From Bacteroidales bacterium (GTDB taxonomy: Bacteria; Bacteroidota; Bacteroidia; Bacteroidales; VadinHA17), in assembly GCA_015486475.1 (NCBI GenBank), contig WFRO01000152.1:1-35516 (forward strand): a stretch of 35,516 nucleotides of DNA, given 5' to 3'. Position numbers and translations under genes: made by a program. Each line of letters begins with the position of its first letter. Positions within the stretch are counted from its first letter, which is position 1. The notes below the pieces were generated by a model that ran no database searches, had not been told where the DNA came from, and worked only from the letters and a program-made list of their open reading frames with translations. This document shows positions 15,506 through 24,668 of this stretch, piece by piece.

Positions 15506-17239
15506 TTGGAAAAGTTCGCAAAGTTCATAAACATTCTCTCCCTGAACTACCAGGGTGAAAAGGCTGATGAATACAGGGCAAAGATCCTGGTCATCAATGT
15601 GCTGTCGGTCTTTATTGTCCTGTCGATCCCGCTGGTGAGCATTTTTACGATCGTGAACGAGGCGATCTATTTTTCCACGCTTTACTTTTTGGCGGGAGTT
15701 GCAGGGGTTTACCTTATTAACATCCTCCTTTTTCTCAAAATAAAAAATTATAACGTCTTTGCTTTCATTTATCTGACGGGTTCGATCCTTTTCGGGATCA
15801 TTTTCTTTTTCTTCCTGAGCCCTGAGATCTGGATCCCCTTATGGGTATTGGTCTACCCCCCGCTGGCCATGTACCTGCTGGGACAGAAAAAAGGAAATTA
15901 TTTTGCTTTCTTTCTACTTCTTGTACTTATCTATGCCCTTTTTTTCGGGGAAACGGCACATATGCCGGAACTGTCACTCACCACCAATTACAAAGCACAT
16001 ATTTTGTTGATATACGGTTTTTTGTGGCTGTTGGGGAATATTTACAACATCTACCTGGACCAGTCGATCCAGAAAGTGAAAGAAGCGCATGATCTTATCC
16101 TTGAGGAAAGCAACAAAAAAGATAGTTTCCTGACCCAGCTGTCCCATCAGATCAGGACCCCCCTGAATGACATCGTAGCCTTCGAGAATCTTCTGAAGAA
16201 AACGGAGATCGCCGAGAAAGACCGCGAAATGTTCGAGATGATCATGGTCTCCACCAACAATCTCATCCAGGTGGTTCAGTCGATCAGTGAAAGCGGTGCT
16301 TTTTCCATGCCGGCGAAACATGTCAGCGAGGAATCTTTCCGGGTCAGGGAGGTATTCGATCAGATGAAAGAGCTGGCAGACAGACAGTACAAAGAAAAGA
16401 TGACCGTTGATTTTCCTGAAGATGCCAGGGACAGCGAACAGCTCAGAGGGGACAGGATCATCTTCAAGCAGGTCCTCATGAACGTACTGGAAGGCATCTA
16501 TCGCAACAGCCAGGAGACAAAACATAATCCAAAGATCCGCACAGAATACGACCGGAACAAACCCCTGCTCACTGTATCTTTTTTCTGTGACAAAGAGGTT
16601 TTTGACCGGCATCGTTTCAACCATCTGGCCCGGCTGTCCGACCAGGGAGTGCGGGTGCTGAGCGACCCTGAAGATTTCCAGTACATCAACCTCCTGATGG
16701 CAAGGAGCCTTTGCCGTCAGATCGGCGGCGATCTACGCCTGGAAGCCTTTGACAGTTCATATCCCTGTGTCCGTATTGAACTTCCCTTTGAGCAGGTCGT
16801 GAGCAGCCGCCAGGAATCCGCTGCCAAGCCACTGGCTGATATACCGGCAGGCACCCGCAAAGAGCTCAAGGATGCCGTGGTCATGTACGCCGAGGATAAC
16901 CCCATTAACCAGAAGATCGTCAAGCTGAGCCTTCAGAAATATGTCAAGCAGATCGATATTGCACAGGATGGCAAGGAGGCGCTGGATCTTTATGGCATGA
17001 CAAAATATGATTTTATCCTGATGGATATTCAGATGCCCCGCATGGACGGCATCACGGCCACACGTAAAATACGGGAGATAGAATCAACCACCAGTTCCCA
17101 CACCCCCATCATTGCCATCACTGCCAACGCCATGCTGGGCGACCGGGAAACCTGTATCTCCTCGGGAATGGATGAATATCTGAGCAAGCCTTTCCAGATA
17201 CAGACCCTGGTAAAGATCATGGAAGACCTGATCAAATGA
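15506..17239 (+). CDS. Hybrid sensor histidine kinase / response regulator (multi-TM sensor, HisKA, degenerate HATPase-like region, receiver)
   Basis: 577 aa with a TTG start as tracked (uncertain). About 6 N-terminal TM helices are followed by the H-box SFLTQLSHQIRTPLNDI. The C-terminal receiver is intact (VMYAEDNPIN, FILMDIQMPRMDG, IIAITAN, YLSKPF). Canonical N/G1/G2 boxes are not recognisable between HisKA and the receiver. Confidence 0.8.
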   Translation: MEKFAKFINILSLNYQGEKADEYRAKILVINVLSVFIVLSIPLVSIFTIVNEAIYFSTLYFLAGVAGVYLINILLFLKIKNYNVFAFIYLTGSILFGIIFFFFLSPEIWIPLWVLVYPPLAMYLLGQKKGNYFAFFLLLVLIYALFFGETAHMPELSLTTNYKAHILLIYGFLWLLGNIYNIYLDQSIQKVKEAHDLILEESNKKDSFLTQLSHQIRTPLNDIVAFENLLKKTEIAEKDREMFEMIMVSTNNLIQVVQSISESGAFSMPAKHVSEESFRVREVFDQMKELADRQYKEKMTVDFPEDARDSEQLRGDRIIFKQVLMNVLEGIYRNSQETKHNPKIRTEYDRNKPLLTVSFFCDKEVFDRHRFNHLARLSDQGVRVLSDPEDFQYINLLMARSLCRQIGGDLRLEAFDSSYPCVRIELPFEQVVSSRQESAAKPLADIPAGTRKELKDAVVMYAEDNPINQKIVKLSLQKYVKQIDIAQDGKEALDLYGMTKYDFILMDIQMPRMDGITATRKIREIESTTSSHTPIIAITANAMLGDRETCISSGMDEYLSKPFQIQTLVKIMEDLIK

Positions 17240-17243
17240 TCCG

Positions 17244-18602
17244 TTATCCCCTGAAGAGAGGATCCATCCCCATGATCAGCACATCATCCACCTGCTCATA
17301 ATCCGCCTGCCAGTACCTGAAACTCTCATAGAGGATCTGTTTCTGTCTCTCCATGGGCAACTCGTGGATGGAAAGGAGCAGGTGACGGAAACGCCGGTAC
17401 ATATATTTCTTTCCTTTGGGTCCTCCGAACTGATCAGGAAAACCATCGGTAAAAAGATAGATCTTGTCCCCCTCCTGCAAAGGGATCTCATAATTGGTGA
17501 ACTGCTCCCCTTTCTCCTCCATTCCCAGACCCACCGACACACGGTCTCCCCGGTATTCGAGCATTTTGTTCTCACGGATCATGTACAGGATATGGAAAGC
17601 CCCGGCAAACTCCAGGATCTTTTTCCTGCGATCCAGGGTGCAGAAGCTGATATCCATACCGTCTTTCAGCAGGAGGTCTTCCTCCCCCCGGCTGAAAGTG
17701 TTGCTGATACCATAGTTGAGGATGTTCAGGATCTCTCCGGGATGCACGATACCCTGGTCGTTGATGATCTTATCCAGGATCTCAAAGCCGATCATCGACA
17801 TGAACGCCCCGGGGACGCCATGACCTGTACAGTCGGCCACAGCAAAAAAGATCCTGTCATCTTTATTGTTCACCCAGTAGAAATCTCCGCTCACGATGTC
17901 CCGTGGCATATACAGGATGAACGCTTCCGGCAGCTGGCTGTGGAAATAATAATCGGAAGGCAGCAGGGCCTGCTGGATCTTGCGGGCATAACGGATGCTG
18001 TCGGTAAGGTTCTTATGCATGACGCTCAGGCGGTCCCTCTGTTTCTCCACCTCACGGGCAATACGTTCCTTCTCTATGAGTATCTGGTTGGTCCGGCGCA
18101 ACGACCGGGTGCGGTAACGCAGGTAGAGGTAAGGGATGATCAGCAGCAACAATGCCAGCAGGACATAGATATAAACGGCATAGGTGGCATAAAAAGGTAT
18201 GCGCACATGGATGGTCAATAGTTGTACCGGAGGGGATGCTCCGTCCACATCAACAATACGGGCATACAGATGATAGGTCTTGTTCTCGAAACCATAAAAA
18301 TAAGCAGGATGGCCGGGCTCCAGGAGATGCCACAGACTGTCATGGCCTGCCAGCTTGTATTGTATGCTTGTCGGCCATTCCGGCAGTGGCCCCATTTCTA
18401 CCTCCAGCAGGGAATTCTTGTCCAGATGTAAGCGGATCTCCTTTTCCAGCGGTACAAACTCCCACACATCACGTGTCAGATATCTGACACGCCTTACCTT
18501 CACCGCAGGATATCGCCGGGCGGCTCTGCACATCGTCCCCGTTGTGAACAGGGTCAACAGCAGCATTATACCCGTTACGAATCCTTTGTAGCTCGTACTC
18601 AT
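17244..18602 (-). CDS. Membrane-anchored PP2C-family (SpoIIE/RsbU-type) serine phosphatase with extracytoplasmic Y_Y_Y-like domain
   Basis: 452 aa. The N-terminal signal/anchor is followed by IQYKLAGHDSLWHLL...YHLYARIVDVDG (like the Y_Y_Y Ig-like domain of two-component sensors), a TM helix and a coiled coil. PPM motifs follow: SGDFYWV, ADCTGHGVPGAFMSMIG, DGMDISFC, LFTDGFPDQFGG. Confidence 0.8.
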   Translation of the reverse strand: MSTSYKGFVTGIMLLLTLFTTGTMCRAARRYPAVKVRRVRYLTRDVWEFVPLEKEIRLHLDKNSLLEVEMGPLPEWPTSIQYKLAGHDSLWHLLEPGHPAYFYGFENKTYHLYARIVDVDGASPPVQLLTIHVRIPFYATYAVYIYVLLALLLLIIPYLYLRYRTRSLRRTNQILIEKERIAREVEKQRDRLSVMHKNLTDSIRYARKIQQALLPSDYYFHSQLPEAFILYMPRDIVSGDFYWVNNKDDRIFFAVADCTGHGVPGAFMSMIGFEILDKIINDQGIVHPGEILNILNYGISNTFSRGEEDLLLKDGMDISFCTLDRRKKILEFAGAFHILYMIRENKMLEYRGDRVSVGLGMEEKGEQFTNYEIPLQEGDKIYLFTDGFPDQFGGPKGKKYMYRRFRHLLLSIHELPMERQKQILYESFRYWQADYEQVDDVLIMGMDPLFRG

Positions 18603-18732
18603 TATACTAATTGATCAGCTTACCCCACATTTGTCGTGAATTCCCCCACCGTCTGCCGGACCATTTGTAAAGATGGCAATATTCTCAAATAAAACCAACA
18701 GTTGCTGCCGGGATCTCTTATGGGAAAAGGGG

Positions 18733-18771
18733 AAAAGAAAAAAGACCCGTCTGCCTGGGTGGCAGCGGATC
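18733..18771 (-). terminator. Intrinsic terminator after rplQ (end of alpha operon)
   Basis: The minus strand reads GATCCGCTGCC-ACCCA-GGCAGACGGGTC followed by TTTTTTCTTTT. The stem is about 8 bp with one bulge, located 55 nt downstream of the rplQ stop. Confidence 0.7.
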
Positions 18772-18825
18772 TTTTCGGTGCTGAAAACTCTAGGATCTTT
18801 TTACTACTGTTGTCAGATACCGGGA

Positions 18826-19563
18826 TCAATTCTTTTCTTCGTCTTTTTTCTCTTCCTCTTCCGGCTTCTCTTCTTTCTTCTCTTCCGTCCCGGTTTCTTC
18901 CGCAGCCTGTGCGGTTATCTCTTCTTTCTTCTCTGCTTTTTCCTCCTTTTTCTCTTCTTCAGAGGCCTTGGTTTCCGGCTTCTCTTCTTTCTTCACCTCT
19001 TCAGGAGCAGCAGCGGCCTCTGCGCCGGCTTTTTCATCCACAGCCGTTTCGGGAGCAGCTTTCTCCTCACTGCTTTCCTCTTCAGCCGTAGCCACTCCGG
19101 CAGCGGGAGCAGCCTCGGGAGCAGCGGCAGTGCTTTTCTTACGTCCCCGGCGGCTGCGGCGTGTTGTTTTGGCCTTGGCCTCCTCTTTGGTGCCCAGCAT
19201 ATTCTCGTTGTAATCGACCAGCTCGATGATACACATCTCGGCATTGTCGCCCGGGCGATGACCCAGCTTCAGTATCCTTGTGTATCCTCCCGGCCGCTCG
19301 GCCACTTTGGGTGAGATCTCCCGGAAAAGCTCGGAGACCGCATATTTGTTCTTCAGATATGAGAACACAACCCTGCGGGAGTGTGTAGTATCTTCCTTGG
19401 AGCGTGTGATCAGTGGTTCCACATACATACGCAGTGCCTTGGCTTTGGCCAGTGTCGTCGTGATCCGCTTGTGCATGATCAGTGAAGTGGCCATATTGGC
19501 CAGCATAGCCTCGCGATGGGCACTTTTCCTTCCAAGATGGTTGAATCCTTTCCTGTGTCGCAT
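18826..19563 (-). CDS. rplQ: 50S ribosomal protein bL17 with long C-terminal Ala/Glu/Lys-rich extension
   Basis: [29 protein letters not shown]... is the canonical bL17 core, running to about aa 120 (IELVDYNE). A 125-aa low-complexity tail follows. This is the last gene after rpoA. Confidence 0.95.
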   Translation of the reverse strand: MRHRKGFNHLGRKSAHREAMLANMATSLIMHKRITTTLAKAKALRMYVEPLITRSKEDTTHSRRVVFSYLKNKYAVSELFREISPKVAERPGGYTRILKLGHRPGDNAEMCIIELVDYNENMLGTKEEAKAKTTRRSRRGRKKSTAAAPEAAPAAGVATAEEESSEEKAAPETAVDEKAGAEAAAAPEEVKKEEKPETKASEEEKKEEKAEKKEEITAQAAEETGTEEKKEEKPEEEEKKDEEKN

Positions 19564-19590
19564 CTTCTTATTTCCTTATTCCTGTTTATA

Positions 19591-20583
19591 CTATTCTTTG
19601 TCCAGCTTATACTTGCTCGTATCCATCCCGAACCGCAATCCCTGTTCTTCGAGCAGTTCGCTCAGCTCAGCCAGGGATTTTTTGCCGAAATTACGGAACT
19701 TCAGCAGGTCTGATTTGTTGTACTTCACCAGGTCACCCAGCGTTTCCACCTCTGCCGCTTTCAGGCAGTTGAGCGCCCTGACCGACAGGTCGAGGTCGAC
19801 CAGCTTGGTCTTGAGCTTCTGACGCATGTGAAGGGCTTCCTCATCAAACTCCTCATTGGCCATCTCCTCCTGCTGATCCAGCGTGATCTTCTCGTCGGAG
19901 AAGAGCATAAAATGATAGATCAGGATCTTGGCAGCCTCTTTCAGAGCTTCCTTGGGATGAACGGACCCGTCGGTGGTGATCTCCAGGAGCAGCTTCTCGT
20001 AGTCGGTCTTCTGCTCAACACGATAGTTCTCCACCGAGTATTTGACATTCTTGATGGGCGTGTAGATAGCATCCAGTGCTATCAGACCGAAGGGAGCATC
20101 CTCGGGCTGGTTCTCTTCGGAGGGCACATAACCACGGCCTTTGTTGATCGTGATCTCCATGCGCAGCTTGACGTCGGGTTCCATGTGACAGATCACCAGG
20201 TTGGGGTTGAGCACCTCAAAGTTGTTGAGATATTTTGCAATATCCCCTGCCTTGAGCTCTTCCTGGCCTGTGACGGTCACGATCACCTTCTCTTCCACTG
20301 CATCATCGATACGTTTTTTGAAACGGATCTGTTTCAGGTTGAGGACGATCTCGGTGACATCTTCCATCACCCCTTTGATGGTGGAGAATTCATGCTCCAC
20401 GCCGTCTATCTTGACCGTGACGATGGCATAACCCTCCAGCGAGGAGAGGAGGATACGCCGCAAAGCATTTCCGATGGTTATACCATAACCCGGTTCCAGA
20501 GGCCTGAATTCGAATTTACCATAGTAATCCGATGCCTCCAGCATGATTACTTTATCCGGTTTTTGAAAAGCTAAGATAGCCAT
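19591..20583 (-). CDS. rpoA: DNA-directed RNA polymerase subunit alpha
   Basis: 330 aa. [25 protein letters not shown], and a C-terminal domain with [23 protein letters not shown]. Confidence 0.97.
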   Translation of the reverse strand: MAILAFQKPDKVIMLEASDYYGKFEFRPLEPGYGITIGNALRRILLSSLEGYAIVTVKIDGVEHEFSTIKGVMEDVTEIVLNLKQIRFKKRIDDAVEEKVIVTVTGQEELKAGDIAKYLNNFEVLNPNLVICHMEPDVKLRMEITINKGRGYVPSEENQPEDAPFGLIALDAIYTPIKNVKYSVENYRVEQKTDYEKLLLEITTDGSVHPKEALKEAAKILIYHFMLFSDEKITLDQQEEMANEEFDEEALHMRQKLKTKLVDLDLSVRALNCLKAAEVETLGDLVKYNKSDLLKFRNFGKKSLAELSELLEEQGLRFGMDTSKYKLDKE

Positions 20584-20604
20584 GTATAATAGAATTATGT
20601 ATGA

Positions 20605-21213
20605 TTATTTCGAGTAAAGTTCGACGATCAGGTTCTCCTTGATGTTCTCGGGGATCTCCTCCCGCTGGGGAACGTTCATGAATTTCCCTGTCATCTGTGC
20701 ATTGTCCCACTCCAGCCAGGAGTACTGGGCATAACGGGCCGACGAGAGCGACTCTGTGATCACCTCAAGTGACTTGGAGCGCTCACGTACGCCAATGATA
20801 TCGCCGGCACGCAGCTGGTAGGAAGGTATGTTGACTACCTTGCCGTTGACGGTGATATGACGATGGGACACCAGCTGACGGGCAGCATCCCGTGTGGGAG
20901 CGATGCCCATGCGGAATACCACATTGTCAAGCCGTGACTCGAGCATCTGCAGCAACACCTCACCGGTAACCCCTTTGGCAGCGGATGCTTTCTTGAAGAG
21001 ATTACGGAACTGGCGCTCCAGCAGACCATAGGTATACTTGGCCTTCTGCTTCTCCTTGAGCTGGACACCGTATTCCGATGTTTTTCTCCTCCGCTTGTTC
21101 TGCCCGTGCATTCCCGGAGGATAGCTTTTCTTTTCAAAATATTTGTCAGGACCGAAAACCGGTTCTCCCAGTTTTCTGGCTATTTTGGACTTGGGCCCTC
21201 TGTACCTTGCCAT
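20605..21213 (-). CDS. rpsD: 30S ribosomal protein uS4
   Basis: [21 protein letters not shown]...; 202 aa; alpha-operon position. Confidence 0.97.
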   Translation of the reverse strand: MARYRGPKSKIARKLGEPVFGPDKYFEKKSYPPGMHGQNKRRRKTSEYGVQLKEKQKAKYTYGLLERQFRNLFKKASAAKGVTGEVLLQMLESRLDNVVFRMGIAPTRDAARQLVSHRHITVNGKVVNIPSYQLRAGDIIGVRERSKSLEVITESLSSARYAQYSWLEWDNAQMTGKFMNVPQREEIPENIKENLIVELYSK

Positions 21214-21239
21214 ATTCTTTCTTCTTTCAGATTAAAAAA

Positions 21240-21629
21240 TTATACTCTTCTTCTTTTGGGTGGACGACATCCGTTGTGGGGCAGCGGTGTGACGTCGACG
21301 ATCTCGGTCACCTCGATGCCGTTGCTGTGGATGGTACGTATGGCCGACTCGCGGCCGGTGCCGGGACCTTTCACAAAGACCTTCACCTTGCGCAGCCCCA
21401 GGTCGTATGCGGTGCGTGCACAATCCTCTGCCGCCACCTGGGCAGCATAGGGGGTGTTCTTCTTGGATCCCCGGAAACCCTTCTTACCGGCCGACGACCA
21501 GCTGATCACCTGTCCGGCATTGTTGGTTATCGAGATGATGATATTGTTGAACGTAGCCTGTATATGGGCCTGCCCCACAGGCTCAACCTTCACAACCCTT
21601 TTCCTGGACGATTTGGTTTTCTTTGCCAT
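21240..21629 (-). CDS. rpsK: 30S ribosomal protein uS11
   Basis: [30 protein letters not shown]...[16 protein letters not shown]; 129 aa. Confidence 0.97.
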   Translation of the reverse strand: MAKKTKSSRKRVVKVEPVGQAHIQATFNNIIISITNNAGQVISWSSAGKKGFRGSKKNTPYAAQVAAEDCARTAYDLGLRKVKVFVKGPGTGRESAIRTIHSNGIEVTEIVDVTPLPHNGCRPPKRRRV

Positions 21630-21641
21630 GTTCTTTACCTC

Positions 21642-22019
21642 TTATTTGGTTGCTTTTTTCTTGTTAGCAATGGTTTTCTTTCTTCCTTTTCTGGTACGGG
21701 CATTGGTACGTGTACGCTGTCCCCGCACCGGCATGCCGATACGGTGACGGATGCCACGGTAACAGCCGATGTCCATCAGACGCTTGATGTTCATCTGCAC
21801 CTCCGAACGCAGCTCCCCTTCCAGCTTGTATTGCTCGTTGAGGATCTTCCGGAGAGCCGTGATCTGCTCATCGTTCCAGTCCTTGACCTTGATGTTGCGG
21901 TCAATGCCGGCCTGGTCCAGGATCTTCTGGGCAGTGCTCCTGCCGATCCCGTAAATATAGGTGAGGCCTATCTCGCCTCTCTTGTTTTTGGGTAAATCTA
22001 CACCTACAAGTCTTGCCAT
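21642..22019 (-). CDS. rpsM: 30S ribosomal protein uS13
   Basis: [30 protein letters not shown]...; 125 aa. Confidence 0.97.
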   Translation of the reverse strand: MARLVGVDLPKNKRGEIGLTYIYGIGRSTAQKILDQAGIDRNIKVKDWNDEQITALRKILNEQYKLEGELRSEVQMNIKRLMDIGCYRGIRHRIGMPVRGQRTRTNARTRKGRKKTIANKKKATK

Positions 22020-22042
22020 GTATCTGTTCTTTTAATCGTTAA

Positions 22043-22159
22043 TTATCCCTGACGTTGTTTGTACCTGGGGTTCTTCTTGTTGATCACGTACAAACGTCCT
22101 TTCCGCCTGACGATCTTGCAGTCGGCGGTCCTTTTCTTTATGGATGCTCTTACTTTCAT
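22043..22159 (-). CDS. rpmJ: 50S ribosomal protein bL36
   Basis: Not in the ORF track. The minus strand from ATG (22159) to TAA (22043-22045) encodes [38 protein letters not shown] (38 aa), a near-canonical L36 in its expected slot between infA and rpsM. Confidence 0.93.
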   Translation of the reverse strand: MKVRASIKKRTADCKIVRRKGRLYVINKKNPRYKQRQG

Positions 22160-22211
22160 CGTTCTGTTCTTTATATTCTTTATTCTCTGCCCTATACGTT
22201 ATTTTTCCTGA

Positions 22212-22229
22212 GACAAGGCATGCCTTGTC
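22212..22229. repeat. Perfect 18-bp palindrome in the infA-rpmJ spacer
   Basis: GACAAGGCA|TGCCTTGTC. In the polycistronic mRNA it could form a 7-bp GC-containing hairpin with a CAUG loop. Confidence 0.8.
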
Positions 22230-22233
22230 ACTA

Positions 22234-22296
22234 CATTTATGCCTTACTACTTCTGCCTTATGCCTTATTACTTTTTACTTATTACTTTTTACTTAT
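22234..22296. repeat. Heptanucleotide tandem array overlapping the infA stop codon
   Basis: CATTTAT GCCTTAC TACTTCT GCCTTAT GCCTTAT TACTTTT TACTTAT TACTTTT TACTTAT, 9 units in one 7-nt register. ATTACTTTTTACTT is duplicated exactly (22267-22294). The last units cover the infA stop codon and final two codons. Confidence 0.8.
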
Positions 22297-22507
22297 ACCT
22301 GAAGGTTATCCTCCCTTTCGTCAGATCATAAGGCGACATCTCCACCTTGACACGGTCGCCGGGAAGGATCTTGATGTAATGCATCCTCATCTTTCCCGAG
22401 ATGTGCGCCGTAATGATGTGACCATTCTCGAGTTCCACCCGGAACATAGCATTCGACAATGCCTCAATAATGGTACCATCCTGTTCAATAGGCGGTTGCT
22501 TAGCCAT
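22289..22507 (-). CDS. infA: Translation initiation factor IF-1
   Basis: 72 aa. [62 protein letters not shown]. Confidence 0.97.
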   Translation of the reverse strand: MAKQPPIEQDGTIIEALSNAMFRVELENGHIITAHISGKMRMHYIKILPGDRVKVEMSPYDLTKGRITFRYK

Positions 22508-23312
22508 TTTTTTCCTTTTTTTGTTTCAAAACTTCTTCTATATAATCAAATGTCGTCAGGACATCCGCTTTGTTTTTCCGTATGGCCACGGCATATTCAA
22601 AATGTGCCGAGGGTTTTCTGTCGGCGGTATGGATGGTCCAGCCATCCCTGTCCTGATACACCTCTTTCACTCCCATGTTGATCATCGGCTCGATGCAGAT
22701 GACCATACCTTCCCGCAGCTTGGGGCCTCTGCCCCTTTTGCCGAAGTTGGGCACTTCGGGAGGTTCATGCAGTTTCCTGCCCAGCCCGTGACCTACCAGC
22801 TCCCGTACCACGGAGAAACCATGGCTCTCGGCATGATGTTGCACGGCATAACCGATATCGCCCACCCTGTTACCGGACACGGCCTGCTCCACTCCTTTAG
22901 CCAGGCTTTCGCGGGTCACCCGCATCAGCGTGGCTTTCCCCTCATCCACTGTTCCTACGGCAAAGGTAAAAGCCGAATCCCCGTAGAAACCATTCTTTAT
23001 CACGCCGCAATCCACCGAGATAATATCTCCTTCCTGCAGTTGATAATCCGACGGTATCCCGTGCACCACCTGATCATTGACCGATGTGCACAGTGTAGCG
23101 GGGAATCCTCCATACCCTTTGAACCCGGGGACCGCCTCGTTGTTGAGGATGAACTCCTCGGCGATCCTGTCCAGTTCGCGGGTGGTCACCCCCGGCCGGA
23201 TATGTCTGGCTACCTCGGCCAGCGTGCGGGATACCAGCAGGTTGTTTTCCCGCAGGATCTCTATCTCTTCGTCACTCTTCAGTCCAATCATCAAAGAACG
23301 TAACCCTCTCAT
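22500..23312 (-). CDS. map: Type I methionine aminopeptidase
   Basis: Metal ligands and context are present (ISVDCG, GDSAFTF, VGHGLG, ICIEPM, FEYAV). The start is either ATG 23312 (TAATG overlap with the secY stop) or ATG 23291 ([11 protein letters not shown], a typical Map N-terminus). Confidence 0.93.
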   Translation of the reverse strand: MRGLRSLMIGLKSDEEIEILRENNLLVSRTLAEVARHIRPGVTTRELDRIAEEFILNNEAVPGFKGYGGFPATLCTSVNDQVVHGIPSDYQLQEGDIISVDCGVIKNGFYGDSAFTFAVGTVDEGKATLMRVTRESLAKGVEQAVSGNRVGDIGYAVQHHAESHGFSVVRELVGHGLGRKLHEPPEVPNFGKRGRGPKLREGMVICIEPMINMGVKEVYQDRDGWTIHTADRKPSAHFEYAVAIRKNKADVLTTFDYIEEVLKQKKEKNG

Positions 23313-24646
23313 TATATGGCAGCTGCTGCTCCTGCACGACCCTTGATACGGCCTGTCTTCATCAGACCGTCATAGTGCCGCATAAGCAGATGGCTTTCTA
23401 TCTGTTGTAAAGTATCGAGGATCACCCCTACCAGGATCAGCAGGGAGGTACCTCCGTAAAATCTTGCAAACTGGTTGGTCACCCCTATGTTCACGGCGAT
23501 GGCCGGGAGGATGGCAATGAAGGCCAGGAAAATGGAACCGGGCAGCGTGATCCGCGACATGATCGTGTCGAGGAACTCGGCCGTCTTCCTTCCGGGCTTG
23601 ACACCGGGGATGAACCCTCCGTTTTTCTTCAGGTCCTCGGCCATCTGTGTCGGGTTGATCGTGATGGCCGTATAGAAATAAGTAAATACGATGATCAGAA
23701 AGCCTACGGTCAGGTTGTACCAGAAACCGTAAATATTGGAGAAAGCGGTGGCGAACCATCCGGCGTTCTCGGCCATGGCATTGACGAACACCAGGGGCAG
23801 CATCATGATGGCCTGGGCAAAGATGATAGGCATCACACCGGCAGCGTTCACCTTTAAAGGGATATACTGCCGTACGCCGCCGTACTGCCGGTTGCCGACG
23901 ATCCGTTTGGCATACTGCACCGGCACCCTCCGTGTCGCCTGCACCAGGGCGATGGTCGCCACTATGACAATAAATAAGATGATCAGTTCCACCAGGAAGG
24001 CGATCAGCCCGCCGGCACCGTTGAGACGGGCACCATATTCTGCTACCAGTGAGAAAGGCAGACGTGCGATGATACCGATCATAATGATCAGGGAGATACC
24101 GTTACCGATCCCTTTATCGGTGATCCGCTCACCCATCCACATGACGAACATGGTGCCGGTGGTCAGGATGATCACTGACGAGATGGTGAAGAAGGTCCCT
24201 TTGATCACAAAAGCGGTCTCCGGCAGCCGGGCATGCAGGTTGGCCAGATAACTGGGTGCCTGCAGGAAGAGAATGATCACCGTCAGGTAACGGGTGATCT
24301 GGTTCAGTTTCCTCCGGCCACTCTCCCCTTCTTTCTGCAGACGCTGGAAATAAGGGATGGCGATGCCCAGCAACTGCACCACAATGGAAGCAGAGATGTA
24401 AGGCATGATACCCAGAGCAAAGATCGAGGCCTGCGAGAAAGCTCCGCCGGAGAACATATCCAGCAGGCTCATGATACCCGTCGAGGTCTGGGCCTTCAGG
24501 TTGGCCAGCTGCGAAGGATCGATACCGGGCAGGGTGATATATTTTCCCAGCCGGTAGATCATGATAATACCCAGCGTGAAAAGGATCCTGTTCCTCAGGT
24601 CCTCGATCTTGAATATATTCTTTATGGTCTCGATAAATGATTTCAT
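23312..24646 (-). CDS. secY: Preprotein translocase subunit SecY
   Basis: 444 aa, 10-TM pattern. FTLGIIMIYRLGKYITLPGID, GGAFSQASIFALGIMPYISASI. Confidence 0.97.
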   Translation of the reverse strand: MKSFIETIKNIFKIEDLRNRILFTLGIIMIYRLGKYITLPGIDPSQLANLKAQTSTGIMSLLDMFSGGAFSQASIFALGIMPYISASIVVQLLGIAIPYFQRLQKEGESGRRKLNQITRYLTVIILFLQAPSYLANLHARLPETAFVIKGTFFTISSVIILTTGTMFVMWMGERITDKGIGNGISLIIMIGIIARLPFSLVAEYGARLNGAGGLIAFLVELIILFIVIVATIALVQATRRVPVQYAKRIVGNRQYGGVRQYIPLKVNAAGVMPIIFAQAIMMLPLVFVNAMAENAGWFATAFSNIYGFWYNLTVGFLIIVFTYFYTAITINPTQMAEDLKKNGGFIPGVKPGRKTAEFLDTIMSRITLPGSIFLAFIAILPAIAVNIGVTNQFARFYGGTSLLILVGVILDTLQQIESHLLMRHYDGLMKTGRIKGRAGAAAAI

Positions 24647-24668
24647 CGCAACAGTTTGTATGCTTTAT

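Noticed and set aside
18649-18758. Direct repeat CCGTCTGCC(G/T)GG at 18649 and 18747 in the spacer between the phosphatase and rplQ.
   Set aside because: There are only two short copies. The second is simply the left arm of the rplQ terminator stem. That is insufficient to call a repeat element or binding-site pair.
18673-19314. 213-aa plus-strand ORF rich in F/L/S (…[17 protein letters not shown]…) that could be mistaken for a membrane protein.
   Set aside because: It is the antisense reading of the GAA/AAG-rich L17 tail and the L17 terminator region. The composition is an artefact of the complementary low-complexity repeat.
22043-22159. L36 lacks three of the four zinc ligands (only Cys14 retained), and S14 is the long single-Cys form.
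   Set aside because: Zinc-free (C-minus) versions of L36 and S14 are a known lineage-level variation. To my recollection they are the normal forms in Bacteroidota, so they are not evidence of a paralogue switch here.
23310-23314. Repeated TAATG stop/start overlaps (secY/map 23310-23314, rplX/rplE 28063-28067, rplC/rplD 32951-32955) and ATGA overlap (gldE/gldD 4724-4727).
   Set aside because: This is ordinary translational coupling in tightly packed operons. It is not a frameshift or recoding signal.
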